64,000 nucleotides of DNA, taken from NCBI GenBank assembly GCA_949282965.1, contig CASDQW010000010.1:4243-68242 (forward strand), given 5' to 3'. Below the pieces are notes generated by a model. It worked only from the letters and a program-made list of their open reading frames with translations. It was not told where the DNA came from and searched no databases. This document shows positions 18,885-29,419 of the stretch, in pieces; positions within the stretch are counted from its first letter, which is position 1, and each line of letters starts with the position of its first letter. The DNA comes from an uncultured Lentisphaeria bacterium (GTDB taxonomy: Bacteria; Verrucomicrobiota; Lentisphaeria; Victivallales; Victivallaceae). Made by a program: the position numbers and the translations under genes.

Positions 18885-20683
18885 TGGCCTCCCTCCAGCA
18901 TCTCCCGGGGAATGCGGTGAACATTGACGTCCCATTCCGGGTGACGGCGCAGCTGCGACAGAAACGACAGCGGCAGGCCTTTTCGGCGCATGACCTCGTC
19001 CCGCCGCATCCGAATTTTTGCCGCCTCTTCGCGACGCCCCAGCGCCTCCAGCACCTGCCGCCATTGGTCAAGATTGACCGCGCCATACGGATAATTCCGC
19101 TGTTCCGCCTCGAAAAACGGCAGAGATTCCTCCAATTTCCCCTGAACCGCCAGTGCACGAGCTCGCAATCCCTGACAGTGCAGATAATTTCCCGCCGCGC
19201 TTTCCAGCTGCAACCGGTCCAGAAACAACAGCGCCGCTTCCGGATCTTTGCGGTCGAAGAGCGCTTCCGCAGCTCCCGCGTACAGATTGCGCGCATCCGT
19301 TTTCCATTTCCGGGCGGCATTCCAGGCGACAGCGGCAGCCTCGCGTTCTCCCCGTTCCCCCGCCAGCAGCGCGGCCCGGGCATGCCAGCCGCTCCCGGCT
19401 GAGCGTACCAGAAACACCAGTAGAAAAACCGCCAGCACCACTTGAACCGCGCGCAAAGGCCAGTACACCGTACTCTCCTGTTTTTCCGGCGTTTCAGTCT
19501 CTTCCCGCACCGCTGCCCGACATGCGACCGGCCCGGAGGCATAGCCCCAGAAAACCCCGGCGCAAACCCAGAAAAAAGTATCCAGCGGCCATTGGCTCAA
19601 CAACACATCAAACTGTCCATGCAAGCCGACAAGCGTAAAAAGAAACAGCAGAGCTCCGATTCGGCCCGGTTCCGACCTTCCGACAGGTGTCCGACGCACC
19701 TTGAACAATGCACTTCCAGCCGCCAGCAACACCGCCGCCCACCACAGTACGCCCGGTAAACCGAATTCCGCCGCGAAACGCAGAATTTCATTATGCGGAT
19801 GCGGATTGAATTCAGTGGCAAAAACGCTTTGATGATAAACATCCGGCAGATACGGTCGAATCTCCCCCGCAAAACGCCCTGGTCCCACACCGAGCACCGG
19901 ATGAGCACAGGTCAAAGCCACCGCCCCCTGTGCCAGACCATTGCGGATCCCATCATCGCTGCGCACCAGCAGAACCACTCCCCCCAGCAGAACCACGCCA
20001 CACAGACAGCCCAGCCATATCGTCGCCGGCTTGCTCCGGTAACGCAGGAACCCCGCCACCAGCACACCGCCCACCAATGCCGCCAGCATCCCGCGCGGCA
20101 GAAAGTCCTGCCTCGGTAACAGCACAATCACCAGTCCCAGCAATACTCCCGGCCAGAGTCGGCGACGCAGTAAAAGAAAGGATAAAGCCGCCAGTCCCGC
20201 CACCACCAGCGTGGCGCTCCAATTCCAATTGCCGCTCAAACCGTGCGGAACTCCTCTTTTCCATGCCGTCCACAGCGCCACAGCTCCGGCAACCGTGCCA
20301 AGCCCCCCCAGATACCACAACAACGCATGAGAAAAGCGCCGCCAGTATAAAGCCCCCAGCAGAACCAGCAGGAAAACGTAAAGTCCCTCCAGCAGCAATT
20401 CATGATTCCCCCGCCAACGGTAATAATGCAACAGCAAAACCACGCATGCCGGCACCGCCAGCCAGATCATGCGGTGCAGCAACCGGTCATCCCGCAGAAA
20501 AAAACGCCGAAGCCGCTCCGGCTCCATACTGATCAGCAGCAGCGCCAGCAGCGCCAGGGCGGCATGGCCGAACAGCCGCACCTCCTCGAAGTACGTCATG
20601 CCGCACCAAAGCAGCGGATAACAGACGATCGACGCCATTAAAAACAGACAGGGGATTCTCGCAGGTGACATGAAAAATCGCAT
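18881..20683 (-). CDS. O-antigen ligase/Wzy_C superfamily membrane protein with a C-terminal TPR-like domain
   Basis: Multi-TM N-terminus. Wzy_C signature loop FATEFNPHPHNEILRFAAEFGLPGVLWW. Helical repeats in the C-terminal 180 aa (DPEAALLFLDRL...YLHCQGLRARALAVQGKLEESLPFFE...). Confidence 0.75.
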   Translation of the reverse strand: MRFFMSPARIPCLFLMASIVCYPLLWCGMTYFEEVRLFGHAALALLALLLISMEPERLRRFFLRDDRLLHRMIWLAVPACVVLLLHYYRWRGNHELLLEGLYVFLLVLLGALYWRRFSHALLWYLGGLGTVAGAVALWTAWKRGVPHGLSGNWNWSATLVVAGLAALSFLLLRRRLWPGVLLGLVIVLLPRQDFLPRGMLAALVGGVLVAGFLRYRSKPATIWLGCLCGVVLLGGVVLLVRSDDGIRNGLAQGAVALTCAHPVLGVGPGRFAGEIRPYLPDVYHQSVFATEFNPHPHNEILRFAAEFGLPGVLWWAAVLLAAGSALFKVRRTPVGRSEPGRIGALLFLFTLVGLHGQFDVLLSQWPLDTFFWVCAGVFWGYASGPVACRAAVREETETPEKQESTVYWPLRAVQVVLAVFLLVFLVRSAGSGWHARAALLAGERGEREAAAVAWNAARKWKTDARNLYAGAAEALFDRKDPEAALLFLDRLQLESAAGNYLHCQGLRARALAVQGKLEESLPFFEAEQRNYPYGAVNLDQWRQVLEALGRREEAAKIRMRRDEVMRRKGLPLSFLSQLRRHPEWDVNVHRIPREMLEGGQ

Positions 20684-20778
20684 AGAGAACAGCCAAAATC
20701 ATTCGCCGGACTTCATCTGGCCGGCCTGAATTCATCAATCATCGGCAACCTCAGAGTTTGCCGCTGCCTAAGAAATGA

Positions 20779-20806
20779 TAAAAAAAAGGAGGCCGAAGCC
20801 TCCTTA
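20779..20806 (-). terminator. rho-independent (bidirectional-looking) terminator after pilin-like gene D
   Basis: aggaggc-cgaa-gcctcct perfect 7 bp hairpin (20787-20804) flanked by an A-run on the plus strand (= U-run on the minus strand). It lies 38 nt after the stop at 20844. Confidence 0.7.
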
Positions 20807-20843
20807 TTTTCTGAAAAACTCTGAATTCTTCTCAGAAGAAATC

Positions 20844-21443
20844 TTAGTTTCCAGCGTTCGGCCACATGTAGGACGCACCGCGGTTGTCCGAGGTGTACCA
20901 GTTCTGACCGGCATAACCGCTCACGTGACCGTCATGGAACAGGATGTTACCGAAATCGCTGTGGTTCGGAATGTCAGTGGTACTGGTCGTACCGTTCGTC
21001 TTGCTCACGCCAGTGCTGTAGATGTCAGAGGCAATACCGGAATCGGCACGGCCAAACGCATTGGAGTCGCCTTCCATCATGTTGGCGGCAAACGCGTAGT
21101 CGCAGTTGGCGTCATCGGCAGTCCCCTGGGACAACGCTTCCGTACCGGTCCCGCGGGTCGTCGTGGTGGACGGGCAGGCATAGACGCCGTAGTCAGTCAG
21201 GTAGTCGTTCTTACGCAGCAGTTCCAGACCATTCGCGCCACCCGCGAACGGGAACCGGTCGGAGTAGTCGATGCTGTACTGCTTCAGAGACAGACCGATC
21301 TGCTTCAGGTTGGAGGTGCAGGAAATACGGCGGGCCTTTTCACGGGCCTGGTTCAGGGCCGGCAACAACATACCGGCGAGGATCGCGATGATCGCGATCA
21401 CGACGAGCAACTCGATAAGAGTAAACCCACGATTTTTTCTCAT
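20844..21443 (-). CDS. type IV pilin/pseudopilin-like protein with canonical Gly(-1) leader, Ser/Thr-rich tracts and H-X9-DG
   Basis: MRKNRG|[44 protein letters not shown]...[21 protein letters not shown]...[36 protein letters not shown] lies 9 nt upstream of ATG 21443; the upstream ATG 21458 has no RBS. Confidence 0.85.
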   Translation of the reverse strand: MRKNRGFTLIELLVVIAIIAILAGMLLPALNQAREKARRISCTSNLKQIGLSLKQYSIDYSDRFPFAGGANGLELLRKNDYLTDYGVYACPSTTTTRGTGTEALSQGTADDANCDYAFAANMMEGDSNAFGRADSGIASDIYSTGVSKTNGTTSTTDIPNHSDFGNILFHDGHVSGYAGQNWYTSDNRGASYMWPNAGN

Positions 21444-21520
21444 TTTTTTCGTCTCCATTAACAGGTTTTACTATTCGGCATCACGCGAAATGGTATCGCA
21501 GACTCCGCTAACTACCTTTT

Positions 21521-21549
21521 AGTTTAGCAAAAAAAACCCAAAAATGCAA
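21521..21549 (-). promoter_or_regulatory. sigma70-like promoter candidate for pilin-like gene D
   Basis: Minus strand reads TTGCAT-N17-TAAACT, about 75 nt upstream of the start, in an AT-rich intergenic region. Sequence inspection only. Confidence 0.35.
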
Positions 21550-21593
21550 GGGCAGATCGTTATTTTTTTGTTTTTTTCCCGGAAAAAACTGCT

Positions 21594-22496
21594 CTATGAA
21601 CGCTTTTTTTCCTGAATTTGACAAATGATTCGGTGTTGTTCACTTGGGGCCAGAACCCGGCGATCCGATGCGGCGTTGGCCGTCTCCACGCAAAGCATCT
21701 GCCCGTATTCTTCATTCCCGAAATCCGCCATCCGCCCCGCCTTCTCCCGCCAGGGATTCCACACCACCGCCGAAGCACTGCCCGTCCGTTCCACCAGAAT
21801 CGTCCGTTCCCAACCAGAATCGATGATTTCAATCGGCCCCGATGTACCGGTATAAATCCGGTCTGTCTCCGCCGTCACCCGCACCGGAGCGTTTTCCACT
21901 TCTTCCGCACCGGTCAGGGCATTCAGGAACCGCTTGCCTTCCAGACCGCGCACCGCCACATGGCCGATGTCGGAAACGGCAAAATAACTATGCAGGGCGC
22001 AACTGATCTCCAGCGGCCGCGTATCCCGGTTGGTCATTACCAGTTCCAGTGTCAGACTATGCCCCACCGTCACCGTGTAAGACAAGGAAAAAGGCAAAGG
22101 CGCCAACGGTTCCGGCACCTTTTCCGGATCCAGATGAAACTCCAGCCGGTCTTCCCCCCCCGGCAGACGCCGGACATCGGCCAGATTCCATTCACAAATC
22201 CGCGCGTACCCGTGCGCCGGGAACGGCGCTCCCGCCGGATGCGCTCCGAACCAGGGCCAGCAGAGCGGCACCCCGCCCCGGATAGCCTTGCCGGATTCAA
22301 ACCGGCTTTCCGCGCTCATCCACAGGATCGGGCGTCCGCCGCGCAGCGCATACCGCATGACATGCGCGCCGTGCAACGTCATGGTGCTTTCGCCAAGCGC
22401 ATTGGCCACGTCCACATAAATCAGATTTCCCGCTCCGGAACGGATATGGACGGAATCCGACTCGAACCGGGCCTGCAAACCGGCAACGTCTGTCAT
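21594..22496 (-). CDS. D-hexose-6-phosphate mutarotase (YeaD/aldose 1-epimerase-like)
   Basis: Start at MTDVAGLQARFES (ATG 22496). IRGGVPLCWPWFGAHP...PAHGYARICEWNL and TYTV...L...N motifs typical of glucose-6-P 1-epimerase family proteins. Confidence 0.7.
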   Translation of the reverse strand: MTDVAGLQARFESDSVHIRSGAGNLIYVDVANALGESTMTLHGAHVMRYALRGGRPILWMSAESRFESGKAIRGGVPLCWPWFGAHPAGAPFPAHGYARICEWNLADVRRLPGGEDRLEFHLDPEKVPEPLAPLPFSLSYTVTVGHSLTLELVMTNRDTRPLEISCALHSYFAVSDIGHVAVRGLEGKRFLNALTGAEEVENAPVRVTAETDRIYTGTSGPIEIIDSGWERTILVERTGSASAVVWNPWREKAGRMADFGNEEYGQMLCVETANAASDRRVLAPSEQHRIICQIQEKKRS

Positions 22497-22501
22497 GTCA
22501 C

Positions 22502-23608
22502 TCACTCCTCTTCTTCTTCCTCCGCGTCTCTCAGCGGCCGGAGCCGCCGCGACAACACCGCCTCCGCGGCCCCCGCACTTTTTTCCGGAAACTCCAGATA
22601 TAACGCCCCGCCGCGGCGGCCGAGCTGGCGGCATCCCCACAATTTCAACGTCAGCCGTTCCCCCATATCCCAGTGTGCCAGCTCCTCACGGGTACCGCGG
22701 TCCAGATGCGCCGCCGCCTGGCACACGCCGGGCAACGGCGTCTCCAGCACCAGCGATCCCCGCGCCCCACGAACAAGATCCCGGAGTCGGCGACGCACGG
22801 GAGGCGCGGCCAGACAGAACGTTCCATCCGCCCCCACGCCCTGCCTCAGGCCGCCGCCCGAGACACCCCAGTCCGCTGGAGCCAGCCGAACCGCGTTCTC
22901 TTCCTGCACGCTCTCCATTGGAGCAGTCGCAGCGAACCAGGCAAGATAATATTCCCAGCGCCATGGCCGGGACGGCACTTCCGCGTCAGACGCGAAATCA
23001 AGCATCCGCCGCTCAAAAACGATCTGTTTTCGCGTTACGGACATCGAAAAAGAAGCGGTACACTGCGGCAACGTCTCCGCAATCCGATGCCGCCAGAGGT
23101 CGTCGCCGCATCCGATTTCCAGCATGGCACCGGATTCGTCCTCCGCCAGACAGCGCAGCGGCGGCTCGGCAAAATCCAGATTCCGCGTCTCGTCCCCGGC
23201 ATCATGCCATTTAAAGTCTTTCCCGTCCATGCTGATGCCGAAACGACGCCATTGCCCGTGCAGCCGTATCGGATCCAGCGTGCATTGCCGAAGCCGTCCA
23301 CCGTTCCCCGCCCGGACATCCACCGTCACCTGCACCAGACCATCCGCCACCGTCATCCGGCGGCAAACCTGAAACTCACAGCCGAACGGAATGGTCCGCG
23401 CCTGCTCCACGCCCGCAGAAAGCCCGTCTTCGGCACGATGGCGGCGATTTTTCGCCACCAATGCCTGCTGCTCTCCAAAGCCGTCGCAGGAAGTTCCGTA
23501 CACTTCCAGCCGCATCCCGGCAACCACCAGTTCCAGCACCGGTGATGCGACATCCGGCACCCGGAGGTTGAAATCGGCTCCTGCAATCCGGATGGCGTCC
23601 GTTTTCAT
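22502..23608 (-). CDS. hypothetical protein (368 aa) with an acidic EEEEEE C-terminal tail
   Basis: Protein-like composition with no motif I recognise. ATGA start/stop overlap with the upstream nitroreductase gene, and only 5 nt to the downstream mutarotase start. Confidence 0.6.
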   Translation of the reverse strand: MKTDAIRIAGADFNLRVPDVASPVLELVVAGMRLEVYGTSCDGFGEQQALVAKNRRHRAEDGLSAGVEQARTIPFGCEFQVCRRMTVADGLVQVTVDVRAGNGGRLRQCTLDPIRLHGQWRRFGISMDGKDFKWHDAGDETRNLDFAEPPLRCLAEDESGAMLEIGCGDDLWRHRIAETLPQCTASFSMSVTRKQIVFERRMLDFASDAEVPSRPWRWEYYLAWFAATAPMESVQEENAVRLAPADWGVSGGGLRQGVGADGTFCLAAPPVRRRLRDLVRGARGSLVLETPLPGVCQAAAHLDRGTREELAHWDMGERLTLKLWGCRQLGRRGGALYLEFPEKSAGAAEAVLSRRLRPLRDAEEEEEE

Positions 23609-24111
23609 ACGATAACTTCAAAAATTTCCGCAAGAGGTTTCTTCGTCAAGGCTGCCGCCGGCATGGCCGGATAGCCCAGGGGCGTCAGCGCATACACACT
23701 CCACGGCGCGGCAATGCCGAACGCGGCATCCACCTTTTTCCGGTCATACGCGCATACCCAGCAGCTTCCCAGCCCCTCGGCGGCCGCCGCCAGTACCAGA
23801 TGCTCCATCACAATCGCCGCATCCACCGATACGATGGAATCCCCTTCCGGGCGCTTCCATGCCTCGGCGGCATTGCCGAGCACCGCGCCGATGGCCGGTG
23901 CGCCCACCAGAAGTCGCTGCGGACAGGCGGAACGAATGGCTTCCAGCAATGCCGGTTCGGTCACGATCAACACTTTCCAAGGCTGCCGGTTGCAGGCGGA
24001 CGGCGCGGAGGCCACTGCGGTCCCGAGCCGTTCGAATACCTCAGACGGAATCGGATCAGGGCGGTAATTGCGAATGCTGCGCCGCCGCGCCAGAACCTCA
24101 TAAAAATCCAT
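23605..24111 (-). CDS. nitroreductase family protein
   Basis: [22 protein letters not shown]...[13 protein letters not shown]...D..I..EH..LAA...GLGSCWV, the classic nitroreductase fold signature. Confidence 0.8.
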   Translation of the reverse strand: MDFYEVLARRRSIRNYRPDPIPSEVFERLGTAVASAPSACNRQPWKVLIVTEPALLEAIRSACPQRLLVGAPAIGAVLGNAAEAWKRPEGDSIVSVDAAIVMEHLVLAAAAEGLGSCWVCAYDRKKVDAAFGIAAPWSVYALTPLGYPAMPAAALTKKPLAEIFEVIV

Positions 24112-24265
24112 TTCCTCTATCTCCCTTCTGAAAAAAGCTCAATCTTTATTTGTTACTATCGCCGTTTCCCTGTCAAAATGCAAGCCCGGGACGTGTATTT
24201 TCCGGATTATGGAGTTATATTATAAGATGATAAGACGGTACCTAAACCGCAAGGAAAGGAACTCC

Positions 24266-25102
24266 ATGCTGGCAAAACGAATCATTCCCTGTCTCGACGT
24301 CTCCGGCGGACGGGTGGTCAAAGGCGTTCACTTCGTCGATCTCGTCGACGCCGGAGACCCCGTCGAAGCCGCCCGCGCCTATGACCGGCAGGGAGCCGAT
24401 GAAATCGTCTTCCTGGACATCACCGCCAGTGTCGACCAACGCGATACCATTGCCGACGTCGTGCGCCGGACCGCGGAACAGATTTTCATTCCACTCACCG
24501 TCGGCGGCGGCATCCGGACCGTGGCCGACATCCGCCACCTGCTGCGCTGCGGCGCCGACAAAACCTCCCTCAATACCGCGGCAGTTCTGCAGCCTGACCT
24601 GATCCGGGCCGGCGCGGAACGTTTCGGTCGTCAGTGCATCGTGCTCGCCATCGACGCCCGCCGGGTGCCGGGAGAACAACGCTGGGAAGTCTTCACCCAC
24701 GGCGGGCGGCACCCCACCGGCATGGACGCTCTGGAATGGGCCGTCCGCGGCGTCGAACTCGGCGCGGGGGAAATCCTGCTGACCAGCATGGATGCGGACG
24801 GCACCTGTGCCGGTTACGACTGGGACCTGACCCGCGCGGTGTCGGAAGCCGTGCCGGTCCCGGTCATTGCTTCCGGCGGGGCGGGGCGTCTGGAGGATCT
24901 GGCCGAAGTGTTGGACCGGGGCAAGGCGGACGCGGTACTGGCCGCCAGCATTTTTCATTTCGGCACCCATACTGTGGCGGAGGCGAAGGATTTCCTGGCC
25001 GCACGCGGCATTCCGGTCCGCCCCCCTTTCCGCGCCCGGCGGCAAAACACCGGTGCATCAACCCCAAACCATTACCTTAACGGAGAGCAATATCATGGAT
25101 GA
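24266..25102 (+). CDS. hisF: imidazole glycerol phosphate synthase cyclase subunit
   Basis: [55 protein letters not shown]...GGGIR...SGGAG. No other his genes lie nearby. Confidence 0.9.
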   Translation: MLAKRIIPCLDVSGGRVVKGVHFVDLVDAGDPVEAARAYDRQGADEIVFLDITASVDQRDTIADVVRRTAEQIFIPLTVGGGIRTVADIRHLLRCGADKTSLNTAAVLQPDLIRAGAERFGRQCIVLAIDARRVPGEQRWEVFTHGGRHPTGMDALEWAVRGVELGAGEILLTSMDADGTCAGYDWDLTRAVSEAVPVPVIASGGAGRLEDLAEVLDRGKADAVLAASIFHFGTHTVAEAKDFLAARGIPVRPPFRARRQNTGASTPNHYLNGEQYHG

Positions 25103-26432
25103 ACTGACGAAAAAAGCCCTGGCGTACCATCGCCAGTCCCCTCCCGGAAAAATCGGCGTCGTCGCCACCAAACCCTGCCGGACCGGCGAAGACCTCTCTT
25201 TGGCCTACACCCCCGGCGTAGCCAAACCCTGTCTGGAAATCAAAAAACAACCGGAAGCCGTATGGGATTACACGATGCGCGGCAATTTCGTCGCCGTGGT
25301 CAGTGACGGCACCGCGGTTCTCGGACTCGGCAACATCGGCCCCGAAGCCGGGCTGCCGGTCATGGAAGGCAAATCCGTTCTGTTCAAACATTTCGCCGAC
25401 ATCAACGCCGTCGGCATCTGCCTCGGCAAGGTATTCAATGAACAGGGCCGCACCGATCCGGCCCGGATCATTGAAACGGTCGAACGTCTGGAACCGACTT
25501 TCGGCGGCATCAACCTCGAAGACATCGGCGCCCCCGCCTGCTTCGAGGTGGAACAGACGCTGAAACAGCGCATGAACATCCCCGTCTTCCACGATGACCA
25601 GCACGGCACGGCGATCATCTCGCTGGCGGCCATCCTCAACGCCCTGGAAATCGTCGGCAAGAAAATCGAGGATTGCCGTTTTGTCGTCAACGGCGCCGGC
25701 GCCGCCGGCATCTCCTGCAGCGAATTCTACATCACCGCCGGCGCCCGCCGCGAAAACTTCCTCATGTGCGATTCCCGCGGCGTCATTCACTCCGGCCGGA
25801 ACGATCTCAATGAACAAAAACGCCGCTTTGCCATCGACACCCCGGCGCGTACCCTGGCGGACGCCATGCGCGGCGCGGACATCTTTCTCGGCTTCTCGGC
25901 CCCGGGCTGCGTGACCGGAGAAATGGTGAAAACCATGGCCCCCGGCGCCATTTTATTCGCCATGGCCAATCCTGTTCCGGAAATCTTCCCGGACGAGGCG
26001 CTCGCCGCCGGAGCCGCGGTCGTCGGCACCGGTCGGAGTGATTTCCCGAATCAGATCAACAATGTGCTCGGCTTCCCCGGTATTTTCCGCGGCGCGCTCG
26101 ACGTGCGCGCCACCGATATCAATGAGGCCATGAAGCTGGCCGCCGCCCATGCCCTTTCCGACCTCGCCCGGGAGGCCGTGCCGGAAGACGTCCGGCGCCA
26201 GCTGACCGAAGCCTATCCCGCCGACGCCGCCGCAGGCATGTTCAGCGGCCCCGCCGGTCTCCGTCCCGACTGCGTCCTCCCCAAGCCCTTCGACAGTCGG
26301 GTCGTGCCCCGGGTCGCCCGGCAGGTGGCCGAGGCCGCCATGCGGACCGGTGTGGCCCGCATCCGGATCGACGACCTCGATGCCTATGAGCGCGCCGTCG
26401 CCGAACGCATCCGCCGGGCCAATCAGGCTTGA
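25095..26432 (+). CDS. NAD(P)-dependent malic enzyme
   Basis: Start ATG 25095 (ggagag RBS). [36 protein letters not shown]...[30 protein letters not shown]...[11 protein letters not shown]...VVNGAGAAG. Confidence 0.85.
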   Translation: MDELTKKALAYHRQSPPGKIGVVATKPCRTGEDLSLAYTPGVAKPCLEIKKQPEAVWDYTMRGNFVAVVSDGTAVLGLGNIGPEAGLPVMEGKSVLFKHFADINAVGICLGKVFNEQGRTDPARIIETVERLEPTFGGINLEDIGAPACFEVEQTLKQRMNIPVFHDDQHGTAIISLAAILNALEIVGKKIEDCRFVVNGAGAAGISCSEFYITAGARRENFLMCDSRGVIHSGRNDLNEQKRRFAIDTPARTLADAMRGADIFLGFSAPGCVTGEMVKTMAPGAILFAMANPVPEIFPDEALAAGAAVVGTGRSDFPNQINNVLGFPGIFRGALDVRATDINEAMKLAAAHALSDLAREAVPEDVRRQLTEAYPADAAAGMFSGPAGLRPDCVLPKPFDSRVVPRVARQVAEAAMRTGVARIRIDDLDAYERAVAERIRRANQA

Positions 26433-26569
26433 CGTTTTTTTGACAAAATAAAACCGGTTTATATTTGACAAGACATGCTTCCGGTCTTATCTTAATGATG
26501 GAGCGGGCGACAGCGGTTGTTACCCGCCGTCGTTATGATAGAGGTTTGTTCAAGGAAAGAGCAGAAACC

Positions 26570-27469
26570 ATGAGTACGTTGAAAATCGGCATCGTCGGAC
26601 TCGACACTTCGCACGCGCCGGCCTTCGCCCGGCTGCTGAATGACGCAAAGAATGAATTTCACGTTCCCGGCTGCCAGGTGGTGAAAGCCTTCCCCGGCGG
26701 CAGCAAGGCATTCTCCATGAGCATGTCACGCGTCGGACAGTTCACGGAGGAACTGCGGTCGCTCGGCGTGGAGATCGTCGATTCTATCGAAGCCCTGGCC
26801 GGACTGGACGCCTATTTTCTGGAAAGCGTGGACGGCAACCAGCACCTGGAACAGTTCAAGATCCTCGCGGAATTCGGCAAACCGGTCTTCATCGACAAGC
26901 CGCTGGCCTGCAATTATGATGACGCCCGTGCCATCGTTGCCTACGCCCGCGAAAAACAGCTGCCGATCATGACCGCGTCCGCCATCCGTTATGCCAACGG
27001 CATCGAAGGCGCGCTGCCCGAAGGCGCCAAAGTGTACGCTGCGGACGCGTTCGGCCCGATGGAATTCTTCCCGGACTACCGGGATTACTTCTGGTACGGC
27101 ATCCACTCCGCGGAACTGCTGTTCTCGTTTATGGGCAGCGGCTGCGAGTCTGTGCAGACGTTCAGCACCCCCGTCGTCGACGCCGTCGTCGGCCTGTGGA
27201 AGGACGGACGTATCGGAAAATTGAGCGGCAACCGGGTCAAAGCCCTCAATTTCGGCTGCACTCTGACCACCGACAAGGGCAACATCGCCGCGCTCGTCGC
27301 CACCGACGTGCCCTTCTACGCCAAGTTGATGCGCAAGGTGGTCCCCTTCTTCCAGACCAGCGTCCCCGCCATTCCGATCGAGGAAAGTTTGCAGATCATC
27401 GCGTTCCTTGAAGCGGTCAGTCGCAGTCGCGCCGCCGGTGGCAAGCTCATCCGCATCGCCGACCTCTGA
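26570..27469 (+). CDS. Gfo/Idh/MocA family oxidoreductase
   Basis: MSTLKIGIVGLDTSHAPAF Rossmann N-terminus, and the KPVFIDKPLA motif typical of the family. Confidence 0.7.
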   Translation: MSTLKIGIVGLDTSHAPAFARLLNDAKNEFHVPGCQVVKAFPGGSKAFSMSMSRVGQFTEELRSLGVEIVDSIEALAGLDAYFLESVDGNQHLEQFKILAEFGKPVFIDKPLACNYDDARAIVAYAREKQLPIMTASAIRYANGIEGALPEGAKVYAADAFGPMEFFPDYRDYFWYGIHSAELLFSFMGSGCESVQTFSTPVVDAVVGLWKDGRIGKLSGNRVKALNFGCTLTTDKGNIAALVATDVPFYAKLMRKVVPFFQTSVPAIPIEESLQIIAFLEAVSRSRAAGGKLIRIADL

Positions 27470-27580
27470 CCCCCTGGGAAACGACCGGTTCCGACACGGG
27501 AACCGGTTTTCAGCAAGGGTCGTTCACCCGCTTTCGACCGGGCTTCTCCGGTTGTGAAGCGGGTGTTTTTTCTCGCCTCT

Positions 27581-29419
27581 TCAGTGCCGGGAGGCGCCGC
27601 CGCGCAGAGCACGGAAATCCAGCGGCCGGAACGATTGTCTGCGGCGCTCCCGCTCCTCCGCCCGGACTGCCAGGTATTTCCAGCGGGAGAACGCGAAATC
27701 GTTCGGCAGAAAATTTTCCAGCCAGGTGTATTTGAGCTGGTAAGCAATCGGAATCCCTTCATAAATCCACGGCACCAGCGGAATCAGATACCGGACCATC
27801 TCCTGGTAAAGTTTGGTGCGCTCCGGCGAATCGGGCATCCTCCGCGCCCGTTCATACATCCGGTCGAACTCCGGATCGGAAAATGCGGCACGATTGCATC
27901 CCCCCGCGTTGCGGCTGTAAAAAAGCTGCAGAAAGTTTTCCGCATCCGGATAATCCCCCACCCAGGAATAGTGAAACAGCTGGGTCTTGCCCTGCCGCAG
28001 TTTTTCAATAAACCGCGGCGTACTGTTCAACACTGACCGCACCCGGATACCGAGCCGGGCCAGATCGGCGGCCATCAGCTCTCCCAGCTGCCGCTGGGCA
28101 GACGTATTGTTCCCCTGATCGAATGTCAGTTCCAGCGGTTCGCCGGTCCGGGGATCGATGCCGTCGGGATAGCCGGCCTCCGCCAGCAGCTGCCGCGCAC
28201 GCTCCAGGTCATTCCCGAGATAAGGGTTTTTCAATGTGGGATCATATCCGGCCACCGACGCCGGCAGCGGCCCCGCCGAAGGAATCAGCAGATTGTTCAT
28301 ATGCCGGACCCGCCCTTCCACGTCGAATGCGAGAGAGATCGCCTGCCGCAGCTTCACATTCCGCAGCACCGGATCCAGAAAGTTGAAACCGACATAACGG
28401 ATCTCAAACGCCGGTTCCCGGATCAGCTCCACCCCACGATCCCGCAAAGCGGGCGCCACCTGATCGCCCCCTGCCACCAGATCCAGATTGTCTTTATCCA
28501 GCACGCTGACATCCAGTTCCCCCTGAAGAAACAGCAGCCATGCCGAAAACGGCTGCCGGATCTGGTAGCACACCACCCGGTCGGCCAGTGGCAGAGGACG
28601 GTTCCGGTCGGCCGGGTTGGCGGCCTCCGGAAACACCTGATGCCGATATTCCGGATTCCGATCCAGCACCAGTTTGTAGTCCCGAATCCATTCGCGCAGA
28701 CGGAACGGCCCCGACCCGACCGGATGTTCGGCAAAGGACTCCCCGTAATACTCCACCGCGCGACGCGATACCACCGCCAGATTCGGCAATGCCAGCAGGT
28801 ACAGAAACCGTGGATCCGGAGCATTCAGCTGAATGATAAATTCCCGGTCGCTGATCTTGCGCAACCCCGCCACGGGTTCGTCGTAAACCGACCGGTCATC
28901 CGGAAGTGCGCGTTCGCTCTTCTCCCGAAACCGGTCCAGCCCCGGAATTTTTCCCCGAACCATCCAGTAGGAGGAACTGTGCAGCCGCGCGTCCGCCAGG
29001 CGCTTCAACGAAAACAACACGTCGTCCGCCCCGATCCGGCGCGCTTCCCGCGGCAGACCGGCAAAACACGGATCTTCCGGAAAATATAAGTCGTCCCGCA
29101 GCCGGAACCGGAATTCGGTATGATCTTCGTTCGCCTCCGGCATGCACGCCAGCATCGAAGGAACCAGCTTATAGGGACGCTGGACATAATCGTATTCCAG
29201 CAGCGTATCATAAAACGCCGCCACCATGTTCCGGCTGGCCAGGTCGTCCGCCAGCGCCGGATCCAGGGTCTTCACCCGCCCTCCGGCCGCCAGATGCACT
29301 GCACTGTGAACAGCGGGATCCGGCCGGCCGCAACCGCCGCACAGCACGGCACCACAACCGGTGGCCAGCAAGCCACACCACAGCCACCGTAGAATGATTC
29401 TCGTTACCTTGCCCCGCAT
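27581..29419 (-). CDS. ABC transporter substrate-binding protein, family 5 (peptide/nickel/oligosaccharide type), probable lipoprotein
   Basis: SBP_bac_5-like blocks (LDPALADD...YDTLLEYDY, GSGPFRLREW, YPDGIDPRTGEPLELTF, QLFHYSWVGDYPDAENFLQLF). Start uncertain (ATG 29419 MRGKVTRIILRWLWCGLLATGC, or 29476). No permease or ATPase genes are adjacent. Confidence 0.75.
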   Translation of the reverse strand: MRGKVTRIILRWLWCGLLATGCGAVLCGGCGRPDPAVHSAVHLAAGGRVKTLDPALADDLASRNMVAAFYDTLLEYDYVQRPYKLVPSMLACMPEANEDHTEFRFRLRDDLYFPEDPCFAGLPREARRIGADDVLFSLKRLADARLHSSSYWMVRGKIPGLDRFREKSERALPDDRSVYDEPVAGLRKISDREFIIQLNAPDPRFLYLLALPNLAVVSRRAVEYYGESFAEHPVGSGPFRLREWIRDYKLVLDRNPEYRHQVFPEAANPADRNRPLPLADRVVCYQIRQPFSAWLLFLQGELDVSVLDKDNLDLVAGGDQVAPALRDRGVELIREPAFEIRYVGFNFLDPVLRNVKLRQAISLAFDVEGRVRHMNNLLIPSAGPLPASVAGYDPTLKNPYLGNDLERARQLLAEAGYPDGIDPRTGEPLELTFDQGNNTSAQRQLGELMAADLARLGIRVRSVLNSTPRFIEKLRQGKTQLFHYSWVGDYPDAENFLQLFYSRNAGGCNRAAFSDPEFDRMYERARRMPDSPERTKLYQEMVRYLIPLVPWIYEGIPIAYQLKYTWLENFLPNDFAFSRWKYLAVRAEERERRRQSFRPLDFRALRGGASRH

